DNA from: a virus
Lineage: Duplodnaviria; Caudoviricetes
DNA: 63,076 nucleotides
IMG/VR virus record: IMGVR_UViG_3300046786_000486
Location: 1-63,076 of that record
Reading direction: 5' to 3' (one strand)
A program made the position numbers and the translations under genes. The notes below the pieces were generated by a model. The model was not told the origin of the DNA and ran no database searches. It was given only the letters and a program-made list of their open reading frames with translations. This document shows, in pieces, positions 25,614-35,700 of the stretch (within the stretch, counting starts at the first letter, position 1; every line of letters begins with the position of its first letter).

Positions 25614-25866
25614 AATAAATGAGATAATCGAAACATTTCCAGATGAACAGATTATTCTTATGGACGGATTTGACGACGCTATAATTGGCGCTCACGTAAC
25701 CGAGGCGGGTGTCAGCTTAGTGTATTCAATTGGAGATATGGTTGAGTGCCTTGTTCGAGATGGAATGACAGAAGATGAAGCTGTAGATTATTTTGAATAT
25801 AACGTGTCTCGCTCCGTGACTTATGTAGAAAATGGACCAATACTTATTTATACAGACTTTAACTAA
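25594..25866 (+). CDS. Conserved phage hypothetical protein (DGFDDAIIG...EAVDYFEYN)
   Basis: Recurrent small acidic phage motif; function unknown. Confidence 0.7.
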   Translation: MIQKSNKINEIIETFPDEQIILMDGFDDAIIGAHVTEAGVSLVYSIGDMVECLVRDGMTEDEAVDYFEYNVSRSVTYVENGPILIYTDFN

Positions 25867-25877
25867 ACAAAATTAAA

Positions 25878-26234
25878 ATGCCAAAAAGATTATTATCAGA
25901 CGCGGAACTAAGAGATATGATTCGCTATTATGCTTACTGTCAATCACTTAGAGACTTTATTGACGAGAAGGTTGTCGCATCAAACTTTCACTATCAAAAA
26001 ATTAAGCAATATACAAATCTACTTGTCAAGGAACTTGAAAAGCAAGTTGATGTGCTTATGGCAGTAGAAGGCGGAGAAAGCGGAGGAACTGTCTTAGAGC
26101 AATTTATTAACGCATCTATGCAGGCAGATTATCTGTTTGATATTGCCTTAAAGATGGAGACCCTCGAAAGAGACGTTAAGATAGAATGTGCAACAAAAGT
26201 ATCAGAAATATTCAAAAGCTATGGAGTTGAATAA
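25878..26234 (+). CDS. Hypothetical protein
   Basis: ORF with an A-rich leader. Confidence 0.6.
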   Translation: MPKRLLSDAELRDMIRYYAYCQSLRDFIDEKVVASNFHYQKIKQYTNLLVKELEKQVDVLMAVEGGESGGTVLEQFINASMQADYLFDIALKMETLERDVKIECATKVSEIFKSYGVE

Positions 26235-26661
26235 CGAAACAGAGCAAACTACAACATTTACAGACAGTGTTGTGTTTGAAATAATTAAAGAATTTGGCGC
26301 TAGAGCGCAGAAAGGTTACGACAAGTACGGCACCGATATGGATAGGACAGATTTATCAACATCCGATTGGTGTCAGCACCTTCGGGAAGAGTTGATGGAT
26401 GGATTAGTGTACCTCACACGCCTCCGTAAAGACATTCTACTATTAGAAGAAGAGCTTCGCGCCTACAAGACACGAGATATGATTCGAGCAAAACTAGAAG
26501 AAGAGAATGCGCAAACAGAGTCAGCACAAACAGAGGAAGAAGATTTTGCTTTTGAAAGAAAAGCTGGCACAACATTTGCCTATACTCTTGTACCGAAACC
26601 AAACGAAACTTATACAGACGAAGAGCCTGTAATTCGGAAGCGATACGGCTTCCATAGATAG
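26221..26661 (+). CDS. MazG-like/NTP-pyrophosphohydrolase-like protein
   Basis: KGYDKYGT...DWCQHLREELMDGLVYL (E-E-x-x-D helix). Confidence 0.55.
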   Translation: MELNNETEQTTTFTDSVVFEIIKEFGARAQKGYDKYGTDMDRTDLSTSDWCQHLREELMDGLVYLTRLRKDILLLEEELRAYKTRDMIRAKLEEENAQTESAQTEEEDFAFERKAGTTFAYTLVPKPNETYTDEEPVIRKRYGFHR

Positions 26662-26700
26662 CATTTTTTCATAATGTTTAATTTGATTGTGATGCTCATA

Positions 26701-26731
26701 AAGGTAGTTTGTTTTGCGAGCTACCTTTTTT
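26701..26731 (+). terminator. Intrinsic terminator
   Basis: AAGGTAGTTTG/CGAGCTACCTT stem followed by a T-run. Confidence 0.8.
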
Positions 26732-26809
26732 GTTAAACTTTTAATAAACATTTTGATTTATAAATTATTTGTATTAATTTTAAACCCATAAACCAAACAA
26801 ATAGCAAAA

Positions 26810-27115
26810 ATGGCTAAAACACTTAAAAACACTGAGGCGTCAGGCGCCAAAAAAAATGTCAGCGACATTGCATTCTGGGGAGATGGAGATACTTGGAAGT
26901 TGATTTCTAAGGCAAGCTCTGAGAATGAAGGTTGGATGAAATCCACAAAAGCAATACAGCTAAATGAAGGCTGCTTAGTTCAAGTGACAACACAGCAACG
27001 TAATCCAGATGGCTCATATTCTTTAGCAGAGGCTGTAGCATTTGCTCCCAAAGCTAGAATATCAGAAGTTATTGACGTTGTAACAGGAGAAGTATTATCA
27101 AGACAATTAATTTAA
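26810..27115 (+). CDS. Conserved phage hypothetical protein (EGWMKSTKA...GCLVQVTTQQ)
   Basis: 101 aa with a strong leader; function unknown. Confidence 0.7.
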   Translation: MAKTLKNTEASGAKKNVSDIAFWGDGDTWKLISKASSENEGWMKSTKAIQLNEGCLVQVTTQQRNPDGSYSLAEAVAFAPKARISEVIDVVTGEVLSRQLI

Positions 27116-27136
27116 ACCAAAACCAAACAAAATAAT

Positions 27137-27835
27137 ATGGCACGTTCAGATGCTTACAAACCGACCCTAGAGTCTCCAGTTGGGAAATACCTAACTTGGT
27201 CCTCAAACGACAAATGTTTTGCTTACTATAGCAAATCATTAAACAAAATGGTTCAAGTACCATTACCAGTAAAACTTATTCATTTCGATGAATTTGCTAC
27301 AATCAAGGGCTTCCACGAGAAGTCTGGCAGCTCAATCTACTCTAACGAGGTTAAGTCTGTTAAGTTCGAAGAATTAGTTGTTCGCTCATTTAAAGGCGGA
27401 GAGCTGGCTCGCGGATTATATAATGACATCAAGCCAAACGTAAATGCTATTGGTGGAACGTACCACACTAGCTTATACGCTTTATTGGATGGAGAGATTG
27501 TTAATATCCAAATGAAGGGCGCTGCAGTTCAGGCTTGGTCAGAGTTTGCTAAAGAAGCTAGAAAAAGCTTTTTAGGAAACTATATCGAAATCAACACTGC
27601 AACAGATGCAAAGAAGGGCTCTGTAAAATACAGTACACCTACATTTACTATTGGCTCAGCTATTGACGCAAAAACTAGTGCGGCTGCAGATGCTAAGTAC
27701 GACGAGCTTGTAGCATATTTTAGCGCAAGAAAAGCGGCTGCCTCGGCATCTGTGCCAGTTGCAACAGAGGTATTAGAGGTAGCTACTCCAGTAGAAGTTC
27801 CTTCTCAAGATGAATTTGACGCGCTTCCTTTCTAG
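27137..27835 (+). CDS. Putative single-stranded DNA-binding protein
   Basis: Beta-rich core, Ala/Pro/Glu linker and acidic tail ending DEFDALPF. Confidence 0.6.
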   Translation: MARSDAYKPTLESPVGKYLTWSSNDKCFAYYSKSLNKMVQVPLPVKLIHFDEFATIKGFHEKSGSSIYSNEVKSVKFEELVVRSFKGGELARGLYNDIKPNVNAIGGTYHTSLYALLDGEIVNIQMKGAAVQAWSEFAKEARKSFLGNYIEINTATDAKKGSVKYSTPTFTIGSAIDAKTSAAADAKYDELVAYFSARKAAASASVPVATEVLEVATPVEVPSQDEFDALPF

Positions 27836-27839
27836 TATT

Positions 27840-28310
27840 ATGAATGAGCTAGTAAAATTAGAGCAAAGCAACCTGTTAAAAGAGACCGCTAAAGAAGGAC
27901 TTGACAATATAGTCAATTCCTACATTGAGCGCATCTCTTTTGAAGGTGGCGACGTAGAGGGAGATTACGCTCTATGTGAGAAATATATTTATATGCTAAC
28001 TGAAATGAAGAACGGACTTAAGCCGTTTGTTGAGAAGGAGGCTAATAAATATGAAAATGGAACAGTTGCTAAATTTGGAGTGTCTATGCAAGCTGTAGAT
28101 ACAACAAAGTACGATTTCTCTCTCAATCAAAAGTGGGTTGAGCAGAAGAAAGCTGTAGACGAGCAAAGCAAAAAGCTAAAAGAGATTGAAGCTTTTGTTA
28201 AGTCTATCAAAACATCTACTACGGTAGTTGACCAAGAAACAGGAGAGATTACAGAGTACTTTCCCCCTGTTAAGAATAGCAATAGGACAATCAGAGCAAG
28301 TATAAAATGA
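27840..28310 (+). CDS. Hypothetical protein (recombination-module neighbour)
   Basis: ATG 27840; VDQETGEI motif. Confidence 0.6.
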   Translation: MNELVKLEQSNLLKETAKEGLDNIVNSYIERISFEGGDVEGDYALCEKYIYMLTEMKNGLKPFVEKEANKYENGTVAKFGVSMQAVDTTKYDFSLNQKWVEQKKAVDEQSKKLKEIEAFVKSIKTSTTVVDQETGEITEYFPPVKNSNRTIRASIK

Positions 28311-28501
28311 TAGCTGATACGCATAACTTTAATAATATATGCGAGATTATTGAGATTATCGAGTCTATTAAAGCTGGCAATTACCCTGCCGACTTTAATA
28401 GAAGCTCTGATTGCCTAGAAATTTATTTATACAAAAAATATACAGTCTTATTAAAATCGGATATGGATGACATATCTTGGGAACAACATTTAGGAATATG
28501 A
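28307..28501 (+). CDS. Hypothetical protein
   Basis: ATGA overlaps. Confidence 0.55.
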   Translation: MIADTHNFNNICEIIEIIESIKAGNYPADFNRSSDCLEIYLYKKYTVLLKSDMDDISWEQHLGI

Positions 28502-28612
28502 ACACAAATTTAACCTACAACGAGTGGATAGCCCACATTCTTAATCAGCTAGCTGTTGAGAAGAAAAAAGAGATAGAGAAGGCTAAAGTTGCCTTAAAAG
28601 AATATAGATAAT

Positions 28613-28840
28613 ATGAAAAAGGACTTAATTAAATCTATGAGATTAGAGCTTGGGATGACGCAAGCTGAATTTGCTAGACTTGCTGGGATAAATTCTTTCC
28701 AGCAAGTTTCTGGATTAGAGTCTGGCAGAAGAAAAGTTGGATTCGGTTTACTCAATAAAATTGTATCTAACTTGGCAGCCAATGGTTACTTGGTGTCATT
28801 AGACATCATTGTTACTGTAAACAATAAGAAATTCAAATAA
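28613..28840 (+). CDS. XRE-family HTH regulator
   Basis: IKSMRLELGMTQAEFARLAGI...VSGLESG. Confidence 0.88.
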   Translation: MKKDLIKSMRLELGMTQAEFARLAGINSFQQVSGLESGRRKVGFGLLNKIVSNLAANGYLVSLDIIVTVNNKKFK

Positions 28841-29058
28841 TGGAATTACCGATAACTAAACTATTCTATTATAACGAAGATGTAATAGAGATGACTGGAT
28901 TCACCAAAAGGCAACTTCGGTCAGCAAGGAAGCAAGGCTACTTAAGATGTATGAAAACGAGGCCAATGCGATACACAAAAAATATGATTGTTGAGTTTCT
29001 CGAGACTATTGAAGACGACCCGACAATTATGATGGACAAGAATCTAAATCGAAAATAA
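28840..29058 (+). CDS. Small winged-HTH (excisionase/MerR-like) DNA-binding protein
   Basis: EDVIEMTGFTKRQLRSARKQGYL...RYT. Confidence 0.6.
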   Translation: MELPITKLFYYNEDVIEMTGFTKRQLRSARKQGYLRCMKTRPMRYTKNMIVEFLETIEDDPTIMMDKNLNRK

Positions 29059-29255
29059 TGCAACCAATAAATAACCTCAAGCCAGATGAGAGGTTAGCTT
29101 ATATTGAAGATTTAGCTAAGGCTGGTGGAGCAAAAGCTGTTATCAAATACTTTGTTAAGGAGTTGTCTTCTAATGTAAGATTTAAGCACTTTGATGATAA
29201 GTGCTACTGGATTAATGTGGAGGAGGTTGTTAATTCAAAACAAGACTATGAATGA
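29058..29255 (+). CDS. Hypothetical protein
   Basis: Packed ORF. Confidence 0.55.
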   Translation: MQPINNLKPDERLAYIEDLAKAGGAKAVIKYFVKELSSNVRFKHFDDKCYWINVEEVVNSKQDYE

Positions 29256-29700
29256 CAGTTACGACGAAATAGATTCGTTTGAAATAGAATGGTTTAACAT
29301 TGACCTATCTTTAAATAAATGGTATGCCAACAGGCATTGGAGCTTCCGAAACAAGGAGAAAGAGTTTTGGGCTGCAACATTTATGCGACTTCTGCCAAAG
29401 AGGACCAAGCAAATAGATAAGTATATGATAACGCTGATGTATAATTCAAGATTAGACGCCAGTAATACCGTCCCTATGATTAAAATATTAGAGGACACAA
29501 TGAAAAAAGGCCACTACATAATAGATGACTCAAAGAAATACTGCAAGGGTATAAGGATATATCCAGACGAAAGCCTAGGTAAAAAACATTATAAATTAAC
29601 CATACACATCTTATCTTATGTTAAAAAAGTTAAAGCTGATAGCTCCGACGAACTACCAAGCAAAAATGTGCGACCTGTTCGCAGAAGAAATGGGAAATAA
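29248..29700 (+). CDS. RusA-like Holliday junction resolvase
   Basis: SLNKWY, RLDASN, K-x-x-E-D and IIDDS motifs. Confidence 0.72.
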   Translation: MNDSYDEIDSFEIEWFNIDLSLNKWYANRHWSFRNKEKEFWAATFMRLLPKRTKQIDKYMITLMYNSRLDASNTVPMIKILEDTMKKGHYIIDDSKKYCKGIRIYPDESLGKKHYKLTIHILSYVKKVKADSSDELPSKNVRPVRRRNGK

Positions 29701-30151
29701 GGAAGCTTCATTCTACAGAAGCAAGAGCGAAGGTAACGCAGGGAAGTTGTCATTATGGGCTTGGGGAGGCAAAATGTCCGAGGTGGCTGTTTACAACACG
29801 TTAGTAGCCTCTAAAAGATATAAGAAGATTAGTCAGCCCGAAATGCTTATGCACGAAGTTTGGATGAAGTCTCACGATGCAGACATAGTAGCTGACGGCA
29901 AAAATATCCACATAAAGTCTTTTATCAAGTATGCACAGCTAGACCCAACTTGGTTGTTCGCTTTAACCGACAAGGTTGTAACAGAGCCTACTGACAACGA
30001 CATTTTAGCTCTAGTTATATACGATAAGGATAAAAACTTTGAAGCGTATTTTATCCCAGCAAAAGATGTAACTGATATGTTTAAGCCACCAGTTTCAGAT
30101 AAGATGAAAGCGCTAGCTTTGTACGAAGAAGACCTACTAAACAAATTATGA
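29618..30151 (+). CDS. Hypothetical protein, possible PD-(D/E)XK nuclease
   Basis: GKMSE...DADI...IHIKS. Confidence 0.5.
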   Translation: MLKKLKLIAPTNYQAKMCDLFAEEMGNKEASFYRSKSEGNAGKLSLWAWGGKMSEVAVYNTLVASKRYKKISQPEMLMHEVWMKSHDADIVADGKNIHIKSFIKYAQLDPTWLFALTDKVVTEPTDNDILALVIYDKDKNFEAYFIPAKDVTDMFKPPVSDKMKALALYEEDLLNKL

Positions 30152-30483
30152 TAGACAAGAACATTAGATACCGAATCAACATTACAGTAAGAGTTGAAGA
30201 AGGTTCAGAAACTCCAGCAAGTGGAACTCTATTAGAGGCTAACGACTGCATATTCTCCGTAATAAAGAGCAATAAGAGATGGATTATACTAGAGTGTATA
30301 ATTAAGAATAAGGTTGATTATATCGACAGTATGAAGCGCCTACAGGAAGATACAGAAGTGTATCTCTTTGACTGGATACCACAGGTTAAAAACAATCCAG
30401 TATTAACCCATACGTTTAATGTTTACAAGGGCGTATTAACTCACAGGTTAAATTGGGAACAAGAAATATCATCCCACCAATAA
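30148..30483 (+). CDS. Hypothetical protein
   Basis: Packed ORF. Confidence 0.55.
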   Translation: MIDKNIRYRINITVRVEEGSETPASGTLLEANDCIFSVIKSNKRWIILECIIKNKVDYIDSMKRLQEDTEVYLFDWIPQVKNNPVLTHTFNVYKGVLTHRLNWEQEISSHQ

Positions 30484-30488
30484 CGCCT

Positions 30489-30902
30489 ATGTACGCAAGG
30501 AGGCTAGCCGCTCTAAATGAGCAAGTTTTATTTCAGTTACTAAAAGAAAGGCTAGTCCCCGACTTGGAATCTACTGACCAATTTCATTTTTCAGACGCAT
30601 TTTCGAAAGAAAAAGATTTGACTATTGAGCTTAAGTGTAGGAGATTTCATTACGACACTTTAATTATCGAGCAATCAAAGTACATTAAGCTTGTTGCATC
30701 GAGCTATTGTGAAGTAAGATATATCAACTCGACGCCAATAGGAATATACAGCTTCGACTTAAGAGTAATTGAGGAGCCTACTTGGATTACAAAAGACTGC
30801 AAGAAGACTACTGATTTTGAAGAGAATCAATACGTTCCTAAACTTGTTGGTATGCTTGATTTGAAACAAAGTAAAGATATAACAGGCTTGTTATTGGGGT
30901 AG
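30489..30902 (+). CDS. PD-(D/E)XK-type nuclease-like protein
   Basis: SDAF...IELKCR; last gene of the plus arm; start uncertain. Confidence 0.55.
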   Translation: MYARRLAALNEQVLFQLLKERLVPDLESTDQFHFSDAFSKEKDLTIELKCRRFHYDTLIIEQSKYIKLVASSYCEVRYINSTPIGIYSFDLRVIEEPTWITKDCKKTTDFEENQYVPKLVGMLDLKQSKDITGLLLG

Positions 30903-31178
30903 CTACTTCTTGCCACCCCTTGCACGTCTGTCCCCAGCTGAATCTGATTTAGAGCCTCTATTAACGGAGGCTTTTTTCATTACAATGCCTCTGCTTGTAT
31001 GAGAAGCATCTTTACCATCTCCGTTTCCGTATGTACCGCGCTCACGGTTAACCTTAACAAGTTCAGAGCGTTTAGCTCGCTGTTCTGGTTTTTGATTGAA
31101 TTTCTTATCGTAAGCTGCCTTTTTAGCGCGAGCCTCTGGATTAGAAGCGTAATATTTAGCTGATGCTGACTTTGCCAT
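30903..31178 (-). CDS. Small basic protein with a minimal HNH-like motif
   Basis: GDGKDASH...ASVNRG; rich in K and R. Confidence 0.6.
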   Translation of the reverse strand: MAKSASAKYYASNPEARAKKAAYDKKFNQKPEQRAKRSELVKVNRERGTYGNGDGKDASHTSRGIVMKKASVNRGSKSDSAGDRRARGGKK

Positions 31179-31183
31179 TGTGT

Positions 31184-31645
31184 TTATTTATGTTTTTCTG
31201 CTACTAATTTACACATTTTAATGAAGTATTTTTGGTCGTACACATACTTCATAAAGTTTAAATCTTTGTGTATCAATTGGATGTTTCTCCGAACATACCC
31301 CTTATCATTCTTTATCCTATCGATAGATACGGTACCATTTTCGCTATCCGTATCAAAATCAAGAGGAAGACCTGACAATGCGCAGACCTTCCCCTGTTTA
31401 ATATACACTCTCCAAAGATACTCAATTGTTATATCCCACTCTTTACCTCTCTCTATCGCCCTTCTTCTTTTAGTATCAAACCATCCCTTTTGAATTTCCT
31501 GATACTTCTTTTTGCCGACGGCGTCTTTGTAGGCACAAGTTCTACAATTAGTTTTGTTTTTAGCGGCTCTGTTGAACTCATACTTTGAAGCATAAGACAT
31601 TTCTTTACCGCAAACTTGACAATATCTAACTTGAGAATAAGCCAA
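31184..31645 (-). CDS. HNH-type endonuclease with zinc ribbon
   Basis: CQVC...CRTC, CALSG and SIDRI...GYV..NIQL...N.MK. Confidence 0.75.
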   Translation of the reverse strand: MAYSQVRYCQVCGKEMSYASKYEFNRAAKNKTNCRTCAYKDAVGKKKYQEIQKGWFDTKRRRAIERGKEWDITIEYLWRVYIKQGKVCALSGLPLDFDTDSENGTVSIDRIKNDKGYVRRNIQLIHKDLNFMKYVYDQKYFIKMCKLVAEKHK

Positions 31646-31650
31646 ATCAA

Positions 31651-31965
31651 CTATGAGCCTTTAACCCATTTTTTAGATGACGATGCTGTTTTGCTTGGGC
31701 TCCATTTAACCTTGTTAGCCCAATATGCTGCAGACATCTTACCTTTTGCAATGTTCTTTGCGTGACGAGACTTAAATGCCTCACGCTGACCAACGGTTTG
31801 ATTAGTCTTAACGCCAGCTTGCCCAAAACGAATAAGCTTCATTTTGTCGCCGTCTTTCGCTAGAACAATATGAGATTTACCGTTATGTGTATCGCGTTTA
31901 GGCTTATTCACTCCCGATAAGCCATAACGCTCTAACTTAGCTTTTATTGCTTCTCTTGATAACAT
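31651..31965 (-). CDS. Small basic conserved phage protein
   Basis: LIRFGQAG...FKSRH...SAAYWANKVKW. Confidence 0.7.
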   Translation of the reverse strand: MLSREAIKAKLERYGLSGVNKPKRDTHNGKSHIVLAKDGDKMKLIRFGQAGVKTNQTVGQREAFKSRHAKNIAKGKMSAAYWANKVKWSPSKTASSSKKWVKGS

Positions 31966-32111
31966 TATTTCTTCTTCGCAGTTTTAGCCGCTTGCTTAAA
32001 TTGTTTTGCAGTAGGAGCCCCCTTAGAGCCAACCTTTCTCATTGTTTCACCAGAACCAGCTTCAATTCGTTTCCGCTTAGCGTGAATATTAGCGTATAAC
32101 CCATTTTTCAT
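31965..32111 (-). CDS. Small basic protein (48 aa; not in the ORF track)
   Basis: MKNGLYANIHAKRKRIEAGSGETMRKVGSKGAPTAKQFKQAAKTAKKK. Confidence 0.7.
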   Translation of the reverse strand: MKNGLYANIHAKRKRIEAGSGETMRKVGSKGAPTAKQFKQAAKTAKKK

Positions 32112-32112
32112 A

Positions 32113-32580
32113 TTACTTGAAGGTTAAGCGGTATAAAGTTTGTTCTACTAGACCATTAATCTCATCTAGGATATTAGATAATGCAGAGTTGCCCAATACA
32201 CACATTCTTGCATCACCAGAGATATACTGCTTAAATGAAGTCAAAAATGCTACAGGAGCGTCCATTGTATATGGCTTGATTTCCATATCGCATCCAGACA
32301 TAATACGTCCGTAGCAACCTTGGTAAGCTTCAATGAACTTGTCCATTAAATCATTAAATCCGTCATAAAATTCTCCCATAGCCTCGTGCTCTGCAAAAGA
32401 GCTTGTTTGCCAATGAAATACTTTAGCTTGCGCAGATGCCTCAAGCATCTCACACAATAACTCCTCTTGCGGAGACTCTTTTTCTCCAGCTTCTCCAGCA
32501 GGCTGTGAGTAATCACTCATTAATGCGCCAAATGCTTGAGATGCACGCTGAGACTTTTGAAGTTCAATAATACTTGCCAT
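32113..32580 (-). CDS. Dps/ferritin-like protein
   Basis: HWQT...HEAMGEFYD...DKFIE ferroxidase-like pattern. Confidence 0.75.
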   Translation of the reverse strand: MASIIELQKSQRASQAFGALMSDYSQPAGEAGEKESPQEELLCEMLEASAQAKVFHWQTSSFAEHEAMGEFYDGFNDLMDKFIEAYQGCYGRIMSGCDMEIKPYTMDAPVAFLTSFKQYISGDARMCVLGNSALSNILDEINGLVEQTLYRLTFK

Positions 32581-32596
32581 AATAATCTTATTTTCT

Positions 32597-32604
32597 CAAA
32601 GTTA
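32597..32604 (-). promoter_or_regulatory. Bacteroidota -7 promoter element (TAACTTTG)
   Basis: TAnnTTTG upstream of the Dps-like gene. Confidence 0.6.
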
Positions 32605-32608
32605 CAAA

Positions 32609-32755
32609 TTATTTCTTTTTATTGGCTTTTATGTGCTTAAACATTTGCACTTGTTTTTCGCGCTTTATAGCCCCTGCTTTGGTGGGAGAAACTCCTAGGT
32701 TCCTCCCTGTTGTCTTAGATACAACTTTGTATCCTTCTTTTACTTTCTTAATCAT
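32609..32755 (-). CDS. Small basic protein (48 aa; not in the ORF track)
   Basis: MIKKVKEGYKVVSKTTGRNLGVSPTKAGAIKREKQVQMFKHIKANKKK; TAATG overlap with the giant gene. Confidence 0.65.
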   Translation of the reverse strand: MIKKVKEGYKVVSKTTGRNLGVSPTKAGAIKREKQVQMFKHIKANKKK

Positions 32756-35700
32756 TACTTTTTGGGTTGTTTAAGTTTTAAGAATCTCTTGTAAGGCTCT
32801 TCCGCTTCCTTGGCAATTCTTAGCATTTCATTATGCTTCTCCACTCTCAACTCTTCTGCCATCTCATATACGTCCTGAATTTGAATTTGCTTTTGAGCTG
32901 GAGTTAATTCAGTATTAGATTGGATTCTAAGAATGTCCTCCTGCATACGAGTCCGCGTTACCTTAATTAAGTCTAAAGCAGCTTGGTGTTGCTTAAACAT
33001 TCTATTAAGATGGTTTGCATATTTCTCTGTAAGAATCTTGCTATCAATCTCTTCATTCTTAATGACCAAGCTAAGTGCAGCGTCTAATGGGTCACGCTTT
33101 CTATCGTGAACATCAAGCTTGCCTTCCCAAGCTGCATTTTGGTCCGCAATCCATCCGTAATAAGGGCTACCTAAAGAGCGGCCCGCAAACGCCAATTGAT
33201 TAAGAATCATTTGTTTGCTACTAACCGTTTGAGGCATAAATCTGCTAGCTCCTGGGTCTGCAACAGAGTTTCCTTTGTAATCGTAGTCAAATAACAACTG
33301 AGCTCCAACACCCAAGAATGGGTCTGTTAGTCCAGGGACATACCCTGTATTTAATAGTCCGCGACCTTTTCCTGGCTGCAACTTTTGAACTTGATACGGT
33401 AAGTACTGAGACGCGTCAACTAAATTGTCGCCGTAATACCCTTGGTCATAAATATAGTATGGAGATAAATATCTTCCGACGTTAAACTCCTTACTTCCAA
33501 CTTTCCAGTTCATTGGAATCGCAAAAGGACCAGCGCCCCACTTAGTTGTGAATGGTCTCTCTTCGCGTGCTTCTTTTTCCTCGTCGTCCTCTCCAGATAA
33601 GTCAGATAAAAGCTCTTTCACTCCGTAAAGCATTCCGATATAAGCAGCCGTATATAATGGTCTTTTAGCAATTCCGTTATATAAGATTCTAGTAGCATCA
33701 GCTTTAAAGCGAATAAACGCGTTACCAAATACTGGTGTCATAGAAGATAACACAAAGTACTTGCCTACAGTTTTGTAGTTCTGCATACTCTCTGCTACAA
33801 TCTGAATAGCCTCCTCTTTCGTCTTTCCTCTGTCCTGCACAAGAGACATATACATAGCAACCTTCGCAACATCATCGGCTTTCCCGTAAGTCTCCTTAAC
33901 CATATTGTCAAAGTCGTTTGCGTTAGCAAGAACTTTCTGAGGGACCTTGAGCGCTACAAGAGTCCTGTATGACCAAGAGTTCTCATCCATACCAAGTAGC
34001 ATCTGATTTACACCGCTTGTTCCGATAACTCCAGCCTTAGTCAAATCTTGCACGTACTCTCCGTAGTTATCAATTTGCTCTTTAGCAGCAATTCTTTTTT
34101 GTAATAAAGAGAATGGATTAACGCCACCTTGGAACGCAAATGCAAAAGAGGATACAATGTTACCAAGACGCGCCAATGGGTTGTACACTGTCTTAGATTT
34201 CTTTAACATCTGGCGCAATGCTAACTTATCGTATTTCTTAAATAAGTTAAACATATCAGACATAAACTGGCTAGCAAACTGGGTTCCATAAATCTCTTCG
34301 TGTATAGCCAATGGAACATATTTATTAGTAAGCTCTCCAAATCGCTTATTATTACCAAAGCCCTCAAGCTTCTTATAGTACTTCTGAAGATTCTCTGGAA
34401 TATCATCTAGCTTATCGTAAATAGCATACTCGTTGCTCTCAGCAATGCTGTCACAGAAATCTACTACAGCTTGGTTGTGCGCCATCTGAGCTAATCTCTT
34501 ACAAGTAATGTAGATAGGGTCTTCCATAAGGTTGAGGTCAACCATTTCGAAGTCTTTTCTCTGCTTGAACATAGATAAATCTGTTCCAGCAGTCATACTA
34601 TCCATCGCCTCGCTCACATCTTTGAATTGCTTGTGCTCTATTTCAGAGTACATACGTCCAAAGTATTTCCCTTTAAACTTGTCATAAGTCTCTTTATCCA
34701 AGAATCCGTTCTTATAGTGCCACTCGTGCATATAGTCGTTCATTGTACGAAGTGCGTTAAATAAACGCAATTCGCTTACAGATAACTCTAATGGATTCCC
34801 AGGCAAATCTGTTCTATCCATTCCTTCGAACGCTTCTGGGTCCAATAAAGAGTGTACGCGTCTTAATGCTTGAGCATCAAAGCCAACCATACCGTTGAGT
34901 GAGGTAGATAGTCTTCTAATTAAGTTGTGCGCATTGTCCTTGTATCCTGTGTATTCGCGAGATTGTTTCTGAAGCTTATCTGTTACAGATAGATTCTTAA
35001 TCAATCCAGTTGCTACGTTCGAAGCGATATTAGCAAACTTGTTATTGGATTCAAGCCCCTTTAACGTAAGCTCCCTAGCTTTTCCTTCAGACATACCAAA
35101 TGCAGACTTCCACAATGAATTGAATGACACCTTCTCTTTAGTGGTATTTCCGTTTTCGTCTACTTTAGTAATATTGATGAATCCAGCATCGCCAATCCAG
35201 TCGATTGCATCAAACGGAAGATTAAATAACCTTGCCGCAGCGCGAGTCATAATATTATCTGTAATAGCCCCCTCTATTGTTCTTGATGCCTTACTAAGCT
35301 TTGTTGCAAAGCCCTTTTGCTGTGCAGCATTGTCTACCTTGAATTTGCTTTCGAAGTGAGCTAGCATCTCTTGTGGGTTTCCATAAAGCTCGACCATCTT
35401 GTACTCTGCAGCATCATCAACTAAAGCTAAGTTTGCGCCTTCAGAAGATTGGAATCGCATAGTACTTCTATTCATAATCTTAAGTCTATCTGCATCAAAT
35501 ACGATGTAGTTATACTTTTGGTCTGGAGCAACAGTTCTTTGCCCACTCATATTATTCAAGAAATATCCTACAGGAACTCTATTACCGTCAATTCCCATCA
35601 TCAACAATAATTGTGATGCGTCTTTCTGATTCTTAAAAGTAGATTGAATCTTGCCATATAGCTCTCCTCCAGTATGAGCCATAAGATTATTAATCGTAGT

